A DNA stretch of 64,000 bases from an uncultured Erysipelotrichaceae bacterium (GCA_902798595.1 CADBXE010000002.1:166741-230740); one strand, 5' to 3'; counted from the stretch's first letter, positions 40,609-50,818 are shown. Notes: generated from the letters alone by a model not told the origin. Numbers and translations: made by a program.

Positions 40609-42939
40609 TTATTTAATAAAGAAATCTTGCAAAATATCACTCACTTCTTTTGGAGAGAATGCGACTTCATATTGTCGCCACTCAGCTTTGAATAAATCGC
40701 GATACTCGTTATTAAGGTACCTTTCATCGATTAATAAAACTGCACCTTTATCAGTTTCACTTCTGATAACTCGACCTAAAGCTTGCATGACTTTATTCAT
40801 GCCTGGATTAAGATAAGCGTAGTTATAACCAGATTGTTCTTTTTTATCGTAATAAGCGGATATTTGATTACTCACAAAATTAATCTTCGGCATACCAATG
40901 CCCACAATTACCGCGCCGATAAGGCGATCACTGACAAGGTCAATACCTTCGCCAAACGCGCCTCCAACAATAACGAACCCTAAGGTTGTTCTTTCCGGAT
41001 TTGGCTTAAAGTTAGCCAAGAAGATTTCCTTATCTTCGTCAGCCATATCCTTTTGTTGTTCGAAAACATCTATACCTTCTAAATCAATATAGGGCATGAG
41101 GTTTGACAAGTACTCGTAGCTTGGCAAGAAAATGAAATAATTACCAACTTTGTTGGAGATAAAACTCTTAATATAATCGGCAACTTTTTGATATGACGTT
41201 CCCCTATTCTTGTATCTAATAGAGACATTAGGGGCGATAATAATCTTAAGATTATTGATTGGGAAAGGCGAAGGAAGAATGAGCTGAGCATCATCTTTCT
41301 TACCGCCGAGCATATCGACGTAGTAGTCAATCGGGGAAAGAGTCGCTGAGAAAAGAACACTACCTCTGAGATTCTTTAAAGAACCCGCAAGAAATGAAGA
41401 TGCATCCAAACACGCTAAATGAATAATTGTGTCATCCTTAGTGATTTGATAGTAGCAGAGGTAATGATTATTGAAGAACTCGAGCATCTTGTTAAAACGG
41501 TTAACACTAAGGTAGAAGTTCAAGAGTTCTTTGGTCATCTCTTTATTTTCGTTTTTATTAACATCTTGCATTGTGGTGATAAACGAAGAGATGGTCTTGT
41601 AGGAATATTCATACAAATCATCTAAAACATGATCGCCTTCTTCACCCACATATTCTTTAAACATCTTATTCATTTTGGACATCGCAAGTTTAAGTTTATG
41701 GAGTTTACTATGGCGTACAGACTTACGCGCCTCTAAGAAATCTTTGTAGGATAACGAAGCGCTGTACATATCTCGGCTTCTATCCACTAAGTTGTGTGCT
41801 TCGTCGACTAAAACAAGATAGGAAGAAGTATCTTCATCAAAATAACGCTTCATATACGAGATTGGATCGAACAGATAGTTATAGTCACAGATAATGACAT
41901 CCATAAATAAAGACAGGTCCAATTCAAATTCGAATGGGCAAATTTGATTCTCATACGCTATTTGGTTAATAGTGTTTAAATCAAAGTCATCATATGTTAA
42001 AAGACAGTATCTTAAAACCGTTTGGATTTTATCATAATAATGCTTGGTATATGGACATTCTTCTGGATTACAAGCCGAGCCTTTGCAAAAGCAGACTTTA
42101 TCTTTTGCAGTAATGATAATATCACTTAGTGATAAGCCACTGTCTTTCAAGACTTTAATTGCGTTATGAGCAGCTTCTTTGCCGCTTGTTTTAGCGGTTA
42201 GATAGAAAACTTTACTATTCTCATCATCTCTTATCGCTTTAATAAATGGAAACAAGGTGGACATAGTTTTACCAATGCCTGTAGGTGCTTCTACAAACAA
42301 ACGTCCACGCTTCTTCGTAATGGCATAAGCGTATTTAGCGAGTTCCCTTTGTCCCTGACGATAATTTTTGAATGGGAATTTGAGCTTATCAATGCTCTCA
42401 TCTCTTTTCTTGTTTTTATTAAAAATGATGTTGTAAAACGCCAGATATTCATTAAGAAGTTTAACGACAAACTGCTCTAATTCTAAAATGTTAAAATGAT
42501 AGGAATCGATGAGTTGTTCTTTTTCTTTTCCTTGTCTAATGTAAGTTAACTTGATACCGATATAATCAAGTTTTGTGAGCTTTGCGAACATGTAGGCATA
42601 ACACTTCGCTTGCCCTAAATGCCATTCAAGATTATCATCGTGAAATATCTTGAGATCTTCCACTGTTGTCTTAATTTCATCAATCACATATTCGGTTTCG
42701 CTTCTTTTGATAATGCCATCCGCTCTACCTTCTAAAACGATATTCACTTCATCGATGTTGAAAGACATCTTTAAAGGAAATTCAGACATGTAGTTTGAAG
42801 ATTGTTTGGATTGATATGCGCTATGGAGACGACTTCCTTCTGCCATTGATGAACGATTAAAAACACGATTATCGATATCGCCTGTTCTTAATAAAAAGTC
42901 CACCAATTGGTGTACGCTAAGAGTTAAGTATTTCTCCAT
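40609..42939 (-). CDS. DinG/XPD-family Fe-S helicase with N-terminal PD-(D/E)XK nuclease domain
   Basis: GRADGII...IDEIKT...QAKCY; APTGIGKT; Cys cluster; VDEAHNL; FSATL; QALGRVIRS. Confidence 0.88.
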   Translation of the reverse strand: MEKYLTLSVHQLVDFLLRTGDIDNRVFNRSSMAEGSRLHSAYQSKQSSNYMSEFPLKMSFNIDEVNIVLEGRADGIIKRSETEYVIDEIKTTVEDLKIFHDDNLEWHLGQAKCYAYMFAKLTKLDYIGIKLTYIRQGKEKEQLIDSYHFNILELEQFVVKLLNEYLAFYNIIFNKNKKRDESIDKLKFPFKNYRQGQRELAKYAYAITKKRGRLFVEAPTGIGKTMSTLFPFIKAIRDDENSKVFYLTAKTSGKEAAHNAIKVLKDSGLSLSDIIITAKDKVCFCKGSACNPEECPYTKHYYDKIQTVLRYCLLTYDDFDLNTINQIAYENQICPFEFELDLSLFMDVIICDYNYLFDPISYMKRYFDEDTSSYLVLVDEAHNLVDRSRDMYSASLSYKDFLEARKSVRHSKLHKLKLAMSKMNKMFKEYVGEEGDHVLDDLYEYSYKTISSFITTMQDVNKNENKEMTKELLNFYLSVNRFNKMLEFFNNHYLCYYQITKDDTIIHLACLDASSFLAGSLKNLRGSVLFSATLSPIDYYVDMLGGKKDDAQLILPSPFPINNLKIIIAPNVSIRYKNRGTSYQKVADYIKSFISNKVGNYFIFLPSYEYLSNLMPYIDLEGIDVFEQQKDMADEDKEIFLANFKPNPERTTLGFVIVGGAFGEGIDLVSDRLIGAVIVGIGMPKINFVSNQISAYYDKKEQSGYNYAYLNPGMNKVMQALGRVIRSETDKGAVLLIDERYLNNEYRDLFKAEWRQYEVAFSPKEVSDILQDFFIK

Positions 42940-43877
42940 TAGTCAAATTTCGCGCCTAAAAGGTTCTGATTACCATTGATAAAGGAACGGTAGTCCATTC
43001 TCTTCTTACCTTCTTTTTGTAGTTCTAAAATGGCTAATTGGCCATCTTTTAATTGCACTAGTAAGGCGTGTTTATCCGCTTGGACAATTGTGCCCACTGG
43101 AGCGGTGGCTAAATTATTAGCCATTTTGGCTTTAAAGATTTTAATCTTTTGATTGTTTAAATACAGATAAGCACCTGGCTCATCGCTCAAGCCTCTAATC
43201 CAACCATAAATTTGTTCTAAGTTCATGTTTAAATCAAGCTTTTCTTGTTCAGGCTTAATTAAAGAACAGAATGTCACTTCGTTTTCATTTTGTTCTTCGC
43301 CCTTAAGTTCACCATTTATATATAAAGGTAATAGTTCAATCGCTAATTCTTTGGCGGCATCTCTTATCTTATTAAATAAAGAGGTAGAGTTATCATCTTC
43401 AGTGATAACAACTTCTTTCTTACCAAACATTCTACCAGCGTCCATTGCTTTAACCATTTCCATCAGAGTCACACCAGTGACTTTTTCATTATTAATTAAA
43501 GCAGTTTGGATTGGAGAAGCACCTCTTAACTTAGGAAGTAAGGAACCATGGAGGTTTAAGCAGCCTAAACGAGGAATATCTAAAAAACCTTGAGGAACGA
43601 TTTGTCCATAGGCAAGAGTAATAACTAAATCAACTTTGAGATTATCCATAAAGGAATAATCAGCACGGATTTTCACAGGTTGAAAGACCGGAATGTTGTA
43701 TTTTTCTGCAACTAACTTAGTTGGCACTTTCTCAATAATGCCTTTACGGCCCACAGGGTGATCTGGTTGACAAACAAGGCCCACAAAGTGATAACCATCG
43801 AGTATTAACGCTTCAAAGACATCAGCGCTGATTGAGGGAGTACCCATAAATAAGAGATTAATATCTTTCTTTTCCAT
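42939..43877 (-). CDS. fmt: Methionyl-tRNA formyltransferase
   Basis: FMGTP, QPD..VGR, NLHGSLLPKLRGASPI, MDAG. Confidence 0.96.
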   Translation of the reverse strand: MEKKDINLLFMGTPSISADVFEALILDGYHFVGLVCQPDHPVGRKGIIEKVPTKLVAEKYNIPVFQPVKIRADYSFMDNLKVDLVITLAYGQIVPQGFLDIPRLGCLNLHGSLLPKLRGASPIQTALINNEKVTGVTLMEMVKAMDAGRMFGKKEVVITEDDNSTSLFNKIRDAAKELAIELLPLYINGELKGEEQNENEVTFCSLIKPEQEKLDLNMNLEQIYGWIRGLSDEPGAYLYLNNQKIKIFKAKMANNLATAPVGTIVQADKHALLVQLKDGQLAILELQKEGKKRMDYRSFINGNQNLLGAKFD

Positions 43878-43924
43878 ATGGAAATATTATACAAAACGAC
43901 GCATTTTTTTGCTACTATATGAAC

Positions 43925-44362
43925 ATGAAAATTTTATTAGTCAGTGATTCGCATAGTGATTATGCTTCTTTAGACCGTTTAGCGGCGATGTATCCAGAGA
44001 TGGACTTATACTTGCACGCAGGCGATAGTGAACAGGATGAGTGGTCGATCAAGCCCTTTATCTCTGTTAGAGGCAACTGCGACCACTACTATGACTTCCC
44101 AATTTTCTTAATAATTCCTTCGCCATATGGAAATATTTTTGTCCAACACCTCCCTTTTATTTCAAAAAGTGTCATTGCTGAACATAACGCAAAGATTGTC
44201 ATACATGGCCACACACATACTCGTAGAAATGAAATGAAGAATGGTATATTATATGTAAATCCGGGAGCAATCAGCTATGCCCGGGATAAGTTTGATGGCA
44301 GTTACGCCATCCTCGATATTGAAAGCAATCATGTAGACATTAAATTCTACACGTTAAAATAA
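43925..44362 (+). CDS. YfcE/YsnB family metallophosphoesterase
   Basis: SDSH, HAGD, VRGNCD, HGHTH, NPG; start probably ATG 43925. Confidence 0.9.
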   Translation: MKILLVSDSHSDYASLDRLAAMYPEMDLYLHAGDSEQDEWSIKPFISVRGNCDHYYDFPIFLIIPSPYGNIFVQHLPFISKSVIAEHNAKIVIHGHTHTRRNEMKNGILYVNPGAISYARDKFDGSYAILDIESNHVDIKFYTLK

Positions 44363-44372
44363 AGGAACTCAT

Positions 44373-46352
44373 ATGAAAATCAACAAAGACTTAATCGCCC
44401 AATACGTTCAGGGCGCAGCGGCTTTACTTAAGACTTCTCGCCGTTTTAGCAACATCTATCAACAAATGATGAATCAAAACAAAAAGAGAGTCTACGCCGA
44501 ATTTTTCAATTTGAACAACAGAATTAAAAGCTATAAATATAGCAAGATGGATGAAAACGTTAAAAAATACGCCCTTTATCTATCTAATAAGATTAAAAAG
44601 GAAGGCACAAATCGTGTCATTTTAAAGGTAGCAAACTCTCCAACATGGGGTGAATTATTCTGGGCCTTATTAATGGCTGGCTTTGTTCCAATGTTGGTGG
44701 ACGCTAAATTACCAAGAGAAAATGTTATTAATTTAGGCAATCAAGGCAAAGCCATTGCTATTATTAGCGATGATAATAACGAATATTCACTTAACAAAGT
44801 TAGAGTGGATAATATCCTACAAAACTCAAAAGAACCAATGACAAATCCTTCTTGGGCGGATGAAGTTTTGTTCTCTTCTAGTGGCACAACTGGTGATGCA
44901 AAACTCATGGTTTTCAACGGTGAAAACTTTGTCAATCAAGTGTGCTGCTCGTTAGATATGCCAAATGAAAGTTTGACCATTATGTATCCTAAGAAAGTTG
45001 GCAAAATTAAGATCTTAGCGATGATTCCATTTCACCATATCTTTGGCTTTGTCGCCGTTTTCTTGTGGTACACATTCTATGGCACAACTTTAGTCTTCCC
45101 AAAGAGCAATACTCCAACTGATTTATTATCAATTTGCCAAAAAACAGGCATTACTCACGTCTATAGTGTCCCATTATTCTGGGATTCACTAGCATTGTCT
45201 ATCAAGCGTAAATTTGCTTTGCAAAGCCCTGAAAAACAAAAGCTTTTAGAAAAGATGATGGCTTATAACTTAGGCGAAATGAGCGCCGAAGAAGCTGGTT
45301 TCGCTAGCAAAAAGATTGTTAGTGATAAAGTCAAAGGCAACATCTTAGGCAAACATGTTAAATACTGTATCTCTGGTGGCGGTTATCTCTCTAACGAAAC
45401 CTTAAGAGCGGTTAACGGCTTAGGGTATCCTCTCTATAATGGTTATGGTATGACCGAAATCGGTGTTACTTCCGTTGAACTTTCTCCAGATGTTAAACAA
45501 AGATTATTAGGCTATATCGGTAAACCACTCCATGGTGTGGAATACAAAGTCAGCGAAGAGAACAACGAACTCTTAGTGAAATCTCCTACAATTCATATTA
45601 GAGAAATTATCGCTGGCGTGGAAAAAGAAACAGTTTTAGATAACGGTTACTTCCATACAGGCGACATCGTTAATAAAGAAGCCACTGGTTATGTGATGAA
45701 GGGCAGAATGAAAGACGTCATCATCAACGCTAATGGCGAAAATATCTTCCCAGATGAACTTGAAATCTACTTCAAAGATTTACCAAGTGTCACTAACTTA
45801 TCCGTCTTAGGCGTCATCAACAAAGACAAAGCCTTACGCGAAGACATTGTCTTAGTCTTAGAACTCGATGACAAGACCGACGAAGCTACACTTAAAGAAA
45901 TCGAAGATACTGTGAAGAGTATAAAACTTCCTCATGACACAAAGATTGACGCTATCTACTTAGCAAAGAACCGTTTGCCTATGGCAAATAACATGAAAGT
46001 TAAGAGATTCGCCATCAAGAAAGAAATTGAGAATGGTTCTAATAAGTATGTCTTAATTAACCAAAAGAAAGTGTCTTCCAAAGTGAGAAAGTTCTCCAAA
46101 GAAACATTAGAAAACGTTCTTCCAAAAGTGAGAGCCTTATTCTCCAAAATCTTAGTCCTTCCAGCCTTTAAGATTGACGATGAAGATCACTGGATCAATG
46201 ACTTAGGTGGTGACTCCATGAACTATGTTGAATTAGTCCAAGAAATGGACAGAGAATTCGACATCGAAGTTCCTGAAGAACAATATGGTAAACTCACCTG
46301 CGTTAACGATTTCGTGGAAGAAATCGCTCGTATCTTAAAAGAAAAGAAATAA
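44373..46352 (+). CDS. Adenylate-forming acyl ligase fused to a C-terminal acyl carrier protein
   Basis: SSGTTGDAK, GYGMTE, YFHTGD, GRMKD..NGENIFP, MKVKR; ACP motif DLGGDSMNYVEL. Confidence 0.88.
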   Translation: MKINKDLIAQYVQGAAALLKTSRRFSNIYQQMMNQNKKRVYAEFFNLNNRIKSYKYSKMDENVKKYALYLSNKIKKEGTNRVILKVANSPTWGELFWALLMAGFVPMLVDAKLPRENVINLGNQGKAIAIISDDNNEYSLNKVRVDNILQNSKEPMTNPSWADEVLFSSSGTTGDAKLMVFNGENFVNQVCCSLDMPNESLTIMYPKKVGKIKILAMIPFHHIFGFVAVFLWYTFYGTTLVFPKSNTPTDLLSICQKTGITHVYSVPLFWDSLALSIKRKFALQSPEKQKLLEKMMAYNLGEMSAEEAGFASKKIVSDKVKGNILGKHVKYCISGGGYLSNETLRAVNGLGYPLYNGYGMTEIGVTSVELSPDVKQRLLGYIGKPLHGVEYKVSEENNELLVKSPTIHIREIIAGVEKETVLDNGYFHTGDIVNKEATGYVMKGRMKDVIINANGENIFPDELEIYFKDLPSVTNLSVLGVINKDKALREDIVLVLELDDKTDEATLKEIEDTVKSIKLPHDTKIDAIYLAKNRLPMANNMKVKRFAIKKEIENGSNKYVLINQKKVSSKVRKFSKETLENVLPKVRALFSKILVLPAFKIDDEDHWINDLGGDSMNYVELVQEMDREFDIEVPEEQYGKLTCVNDFVEEIARILKEKK

Positions 46353-46415
46353 ATAATTGCATTATTTGCCGAATTTTGTTAAGATTACACTCGGCACTAG
46401 AAAAGAGGTAACTTT

Positions 46416-46679
46416 ATGGCTAACATAAAATCACAAATCAAACGTATCAAAACCAACGAAAAAGCTCGTCAAAGAAATGCATCCGCCAAAAGCGCTATCC
46501 GTACTTCTATTAAGAAAGTCAAATTAGCCGTTGAAGCGAAAGATTTAGCTAAGGCCGAAGAATTAATGAATGCGGCTTTCCGTTTAATTGATAAATCCGT
46601 GAGTGATGGTATTCAACACAAGAATACTGCTGCAAGACAAAAAGGCGAACTTTCTCGCTTAGTCAACACACTCAGATAA
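46416..46679 (+). CDS. rpsT: 30S ribosomal protein S20
   Basis: MANIKSQIKR...HKNTAAR. Confidence 0.97.
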   Translation: MANIKSQIKRIKTNEKARQRNASAKSAIRTSIKKVKLAVEAKDLAKAEELMNAAFRLIDKSVSDGIQHKNTAARQKGELSRLVNTLR

Positions 46680-47660
46680 TTACTTTCTCTTGAAATTAAT
46701 TAAGAACAGTTCGAAACTGTAATAGCGGTCCACAAGACCGCTTTTAATTTGCCAGTCTAACTGATATAAGTCTTCTAAAGTTTGTAATATACGTTTGCCA
46801 GAGATTACAAAACTATTCTTTCTAAGAATCTTAGCTCTAATAGGATTAATGCTTAATTCCTTAGCGATATCATCTGGCCCATAACTATGTCTCGCAAGAT
46901 ATGAGACTCTATTTAATAATCTAAATTGATTAGCAATCATGCTAATTAAAGTCACGGGTTCAACATTGCTGCTCTTAAGGTCACGGAACAACGCGACAGC
47001 GTCCATGTTTCTTTCATCCACTAAATAGTTATAAAGCATGAAGGCATTTTCTTCTAAAGGACGAGTAACCATCATAGTGACATCACTAAAAGTGATGTGA
47101 TTAGTGTATAACGCTAATTTACTACCATTATTGAATAAGGAAGCATAATCACCTTCAGTTCTTCTAGCGAGTTCATTAACTGCGTCACTATCAATAACAG
47201 TGTCAGGCCACTTTTCAGAGAAGTAATGTTTCACAACATCATTCCACTGCTCTTGTTTTGGTTCAGTAAGGACCACTATTTGGCCATTCTTTTCAATTAA
47301 TTGGTTTATTTCGCTCTTCTTATCTAAATCACTTTCACTAGTGTTCACTAAAAAGATCAAATCACAATCTGGGTTTGGGTTAGCTAAATAATTCTTTAAT
47401 GATTCGTAATCTTGTTCGCTTTCGATTTTGTTTCTGCCCTTTTCCTTTAATAAGAAATAAGGAGTATCAACGATGACCGCTTTGGAATCGTAGCCTAAAG
47501 GCATGTAGTTAGCCTCACTAACGATTTCTTGAATTGGGGTCATTGTCGCATCAAACTTCACGAAATTCATCGCATCCATCTCTTTAAGGGACTTCTTAAC
47601 GATGCTTTTCATTTGGCTCTTTAAACGAATGTTTTGCTTGCCACTGATAAGATAAATCAT
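46680..47660 (-). CDS. holA: DNA polymerase III delta subunit
   Basis: MIYLISG, P....K.VIV, D.QIKSG; comEC-holA/rpsT synteny. Confidence 0.9.
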   Translation of the reverse strand: MIYLISGKQNIRLKSQMKSIVKKSLKEMDAMNFVKFDATMTPIQEIVSEANYMPLGYDSKAVIVDTPYFLLKEKGRNKIESEQDYESLKNYLANPNPDCDLIFLVNTSESDLDKKSEINQLIEKNGQIVVLTEPKQEQWNDVVKHYFSEKWPDTVIDSDAVNELARRTEGDYASLFNNGSKLALYTNHITFSDVTMMVTRPLEENAFMLYNYLVDERNMDAVALFRDLKSSNVEPVTLISMIANQFRLLNRVSYLARHSYGPDDIAKELSINPIRAKILRKNSFVISGKRILQTLEDLYQLDWQIKSGLVDRYYSFELFLINFKRK

Positions 47661-47721
47661 GAAATCATTATAAAATATTTTATATTTTGTAACTAGATAA
47701 TCTTTAAAAAGTCGTCATTAG

Positions 47722-49731
47722 TTAAATGGCAAACTCTTTATATGTAATCGTTCCTTCAATATCCGTTCTTCTAATTTCGATATTGTGTCTATTTAACGTA
47801 GTCACGACACTTTTAGAAGGATGACCAAATTTATTGTTCTTGCCACAAGAGACAATCGCAGTTTTTGGATGCATATAAGTAATGAACTCATCACACGATG
47901 ATGTGTCGGAGCCATGATGGCCCACTTTTAAGATATCGCAAGGAATTGATTCATAATCTCTGATTATCTTCTTCTCCACCCAGCTAGGAGCGTCACCCAT
48001 AACGACAAAGTCTTTGTTAAGAATATGGAAAGAAAGCACTAAGGAACGATCGTTTTCTTCGTTACTCGTTGTTCCATATGTGTTGTAGTTATTGAATGTA
48101 AGATGACCAACACTAATTGGGAAAGAGGAATAATAGTCATAAACATGGTCTACTCGATATTCCTTTTGTAAGTTTTCTAACGCTCCATAATGGTCATAGT
48201 CATAATGGGTGATGAATACACTATCGATTTTATAAATCCGTTTCTTTCTTAAATAAGGAATAAGATTGTTATTAGCGACGTCGCTATAAGTTAAGCCACC
48301 TGTATCAATCATAATGACTTTATCGTGCTCTCTAATTAAAGTGCAGTCTCCTTGGCCGACATTAACAAAAGACACTTCGTTTGTTAACCTATTGTTTAGC
48401 GGAATTGCGTGCACTAGAGCGATACTAATGAGTCCAATAGATAAACCTCTTTCAATCTGTCTAAAACCAAGGGATAAATAATATAAATACACCACATAGA
48501 TAAAATAGTAAATTAGAAGCACTATCTCTGGTAGATCAGGAAGATATGGTCCGAAAGATAAACTCTTAATTCCAGTAATATATCCTCTTAGTAAAAAAAT
48601 GAATAGTTTATCAAAAGCGTATATCGGTAACCTAAAGAAGCAAAGCAAAGATGTCACACCAATCAATAAGAATAAAGGTGTTGAAATTATCTGAAGAGGA
48701 AACGCAAAAATTACCATTTTATGGTAATAAGCAATTTCAAAAGGAATAAAGAATAGGTATATCGTTAACGCTTTAAAGAAATAAGCCCGATATTTATTAT
48801 CGATGTATATATCCTTAATTAAATAAGAAACAATCGGAATCATAAAACCCAGAATAAAGCTATCTTGGTACGCTAAAAAGTGATCAAACAGCAAACACAA
48901 TATACCCGCCAGTGAGATAACTTCCAGATAAGTAAACTTCTTTTTAAGTGGGTATTTATTTATCCATTTTAATAGCAAAAGAAAAACTACACGTATAACG
49001 CTAAATTTTGGTATCGTAAATACCATATAAATTGCTAGAAGCGAGATAGTTATTAGCTCAGCATGTTTATCCTTCAAAAACAAACCTAATAGATAATTTA
49101 GTATAAGCGCGAATAAGCCTACATAAAACCCACTCGCCGATAGAAACCTAGATAAATGTAGATTGCTAATGCGGTTGCTTGTTTCGCTTTCTTCTCCATC
49201 AGAAAAGAGAATCGATCCAACTATCGCTCTTTCTTCTTTATTAAAATGACTAAGTGCTTTATTCCTTGCTTCGTTAATCCTTATGAAGTTACGCCACTTA
49301 ACATTGATATGCTTTGCGTTCAACGAATGAAAGACACCCTTGTTATTCAAATATTCTTTAAAATCAAATCCTGATTCTAATGTGGCGAAATCTAATTCTT
49401 CCTTTTTGCCTTCAATAGAAATGTAATCGCCCAAATCATAAGTGTGACCTTTGGAATAAACGTAGAGTCTTTCACCTCCACTGTTTAGGAGGAAGTAGTT
49501 TTCTTTTGCAGTATATACAAAACCTGAATAAGTTGTCTTGCTATATGAGATATTGACAAAAGAAAGACCAAAGCCTAGAACTACCCCTCCCAAGGAGATA
49601 AATAAAGGTATCAGCTTGAACCTTTTATATATAAAGAGAAGAAATATAGCGGTCACTAATAAAAGTATAAATATAGACCTAGTAAGAACGTTACCTAGAT
49701 AAAAACCAATAAAGAAAAGGAAAATAATCAC
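47722..49731 (-). CDS. comEC: DNA uptake channel ComEC (competence plus MBL domains)
   Basis: FDFKEYL, multiple TM segments, VGQGDC, IDTGG, THYDYDH, KVGHHGS, NKFGHP. Confidence 0.92.
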   Translation of the reverse strand: MIIFLFFIGFYLGNVLTRSIFILLLVTAIFLLFIYKRFKLIPLFISLGGVVLGFGLSFVNISYSKTTYSGFVYTAKENYFLLNSGGERLYVYSKGHTYDLGDYISIEGKKEELDFATLESGFDFKEYLNNKGVFHSLNAKHINVKWRNFIRINEARNKALSHFNKEERAIVGSILFSDGEESETSNRISNLHLSRFLSASGFYVGLFALILNYLLGLFLKDKHAELITISLLAIYMVFTIPKFSVIRVVFLLLLKWINKYPLKKKFTYLEVISLAGILCLLFDHFLAYQDSFILGFMIPIVSYLIKDIYIDNKYRAYFFKALTIYLFFIPFEIAYYHKMVIFAFPLQIISTPLFLLIGVTSLLCFFRLPIYAFDKLFIFLLRGYITGIKSLSFGPYLPDLPEIVLLIYYFIYVVYLYYLSLGFRQIERGLSIGLISIALVHAIPLNNRLTNEVSFVNVGQGDCTLIREHDKVIMIDTGGLTYSDVANNNLIPYLRKKRIYKIDSVFITHYDYDHYGALENLQKEYRVDHVYDYYSSFPISVGHLTFNNYNTYGTTSNEENDRSLVLSFHILNKDFVVMGDAPSWVEKKIIRDYESIPCDILKVGHHGSDTSSCDEFITYMHPKTAIVSCGKNNKFGHPSKSVVTTLNRHNIEIRRTDIEGTITYKEFAI

Positions 49732-50273
49732 TGATGAAGAATGACGTAATTACGAACCTTGTGATAGGTCGCGTTGCCAATGCCGTAAACGTTCAATAAG
49801 TCCTCAACGGTATTAAAAATACCGTTTTCGGTACGATAAGAGACAATTGAACTAGCAATGGATGTGGTAATACCAGTTACGCTCATCAATGTTTGAGCGT
49901 CATCTTGGTTGATGTTTACTTTGCTGATTTCGCTCTTTGAACAAATATCGTTTTCATCAAACTTGCTAGCAATGTAATAAGTTGTGCCCGCTTTTAATTT
50001 AGCGGTCTCGTAGAACGCTAATTCATCTGCGTTAGCGGTTGTTCCACCTGCGGCCTCTAATAAGTCATGCATGGTTATTCCATCGCTTAGAACATATGTT
50101 CCTGCTTTGTAAACCTCGCCTTCAATCGTGTACTTACTACCGTTTTGGTTCGACACTTCGGTGATGTTATTGCTATTCGCAGTTCCTACTGGATTTAAAT
50201 CTGGATCAATGACTAAAAAACCAATGATGACGATGAAAGCCACAACCGTCACGCCAATTAAAATTTTTAACAT
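49728..50273 (-). CDS. comEA: DNA receptor ComEA
   Basis: N-terminal TM, SLBB (GEV..AGTY...AAGG), HhH region (KVNIN...DLLNVYGIG). Confidence 0.9.
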   Translation of the reverse strand: MLKILIGVTVVAFIVIIGFLVIDPDLNPVGTANSNNITEVSNQNGSKYTIEGEVYKAGTYVLSDGITMHDLLEAAGGTTANADELAFYETAKLKAGTTYYIASKFDENDICSKSEISKVNINQDDAQTLMSVTGITTSIASSIVSYRTENGIFNTVEDLLNVYGIGNATYHKVRNYVILHQ

Positions 50274-50283
50274 AAAAAATAAA

Positions 50284-50335
50284 ACCTCCTATAAATAAGT
50301 AGGAGGTCAAATTGATTTTTTTCCTAAAAAAGTTA
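50284..50335 (-). promoter_or_regulatory. Conserved 52-bp upstream element, copy 2 (before comEA); its hairpin may also terminate greA
   Basis: Minus strand TAACTTTTTTAGGAAAAAAATCAATTTGACCTCCTACTTATTTATAGGAGGT, followed by TTTATTTTTT-ATG. Confidence 0.85.
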
Positions 50336-50344
50336 ATTATTTAA

Positions 50345-50818
50345 CTATTTAACTTCGATTTTTAAGATTTCAACCTTGTAAGTCTTGATAGCTTTGACTT
50401 CGATGATGTCACCAGCGCTCTTACCGGTTAAGGCTTCACCTAATGGGCAGGAATTGGAAATCTTGCCGTTGACTGGGTCAGATTCAACTGTACCAACAAT
50501 CATGTATGAAGCTTCTTTATTGTTATCTAAGAAACGGATTGTAACTGTAGAACCTAAGCCAACTTTCTTAGAATTTGTTTTGCTTTCTTCAATAATTTCA
50601 GCATTCGCTAAAATGTTTTCGATTTCTTTAATACGACCTTCGACTTCGGCTTGTTTGCCTCTTGCAGCGTCGTAGTCAGCGTTTTCAGATAAGTCGCCTT
50701 GAGCACGAGCTTCAGCTAATTGTCTCTTAACTTCTTCACGAGCTTCATCGACTAAATACTTTAATTCATCTTGTAATTTTTTGTAACCAGCTTTGGTAAG
50801 TTTTTGTTTGTCTGCCAT
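50345..50818 (-). CDS. greA: Transcription elongation factor GreA
   Basis: ARAQGDLSENADY, ISNSCPLGEAL. Confidence 0.96.
   Translation of the reverse strand: MADKQKLTKAGYKKLQDELKYLVDEAREEVKRQLAEARAQGDLSENADYDAARGKQAEVEGRIKEIENILANAEIIEESKTNSKKVGLGSTVTIRFLDNNKEASYMIVGTVESDPVNGKISNSCPLGEALTGKSAGDIIEVKAIKTYKVEILKIEVK

Noticed and set aside
40609-42939. CRISPR-associated Cas4/DinG or defence system
   Set aside because: No repeat array or cas genes were seen anywhere in the window; this nuclease-helicase fusion is a common Bacillota housekeeping type, here coupled to fmt.
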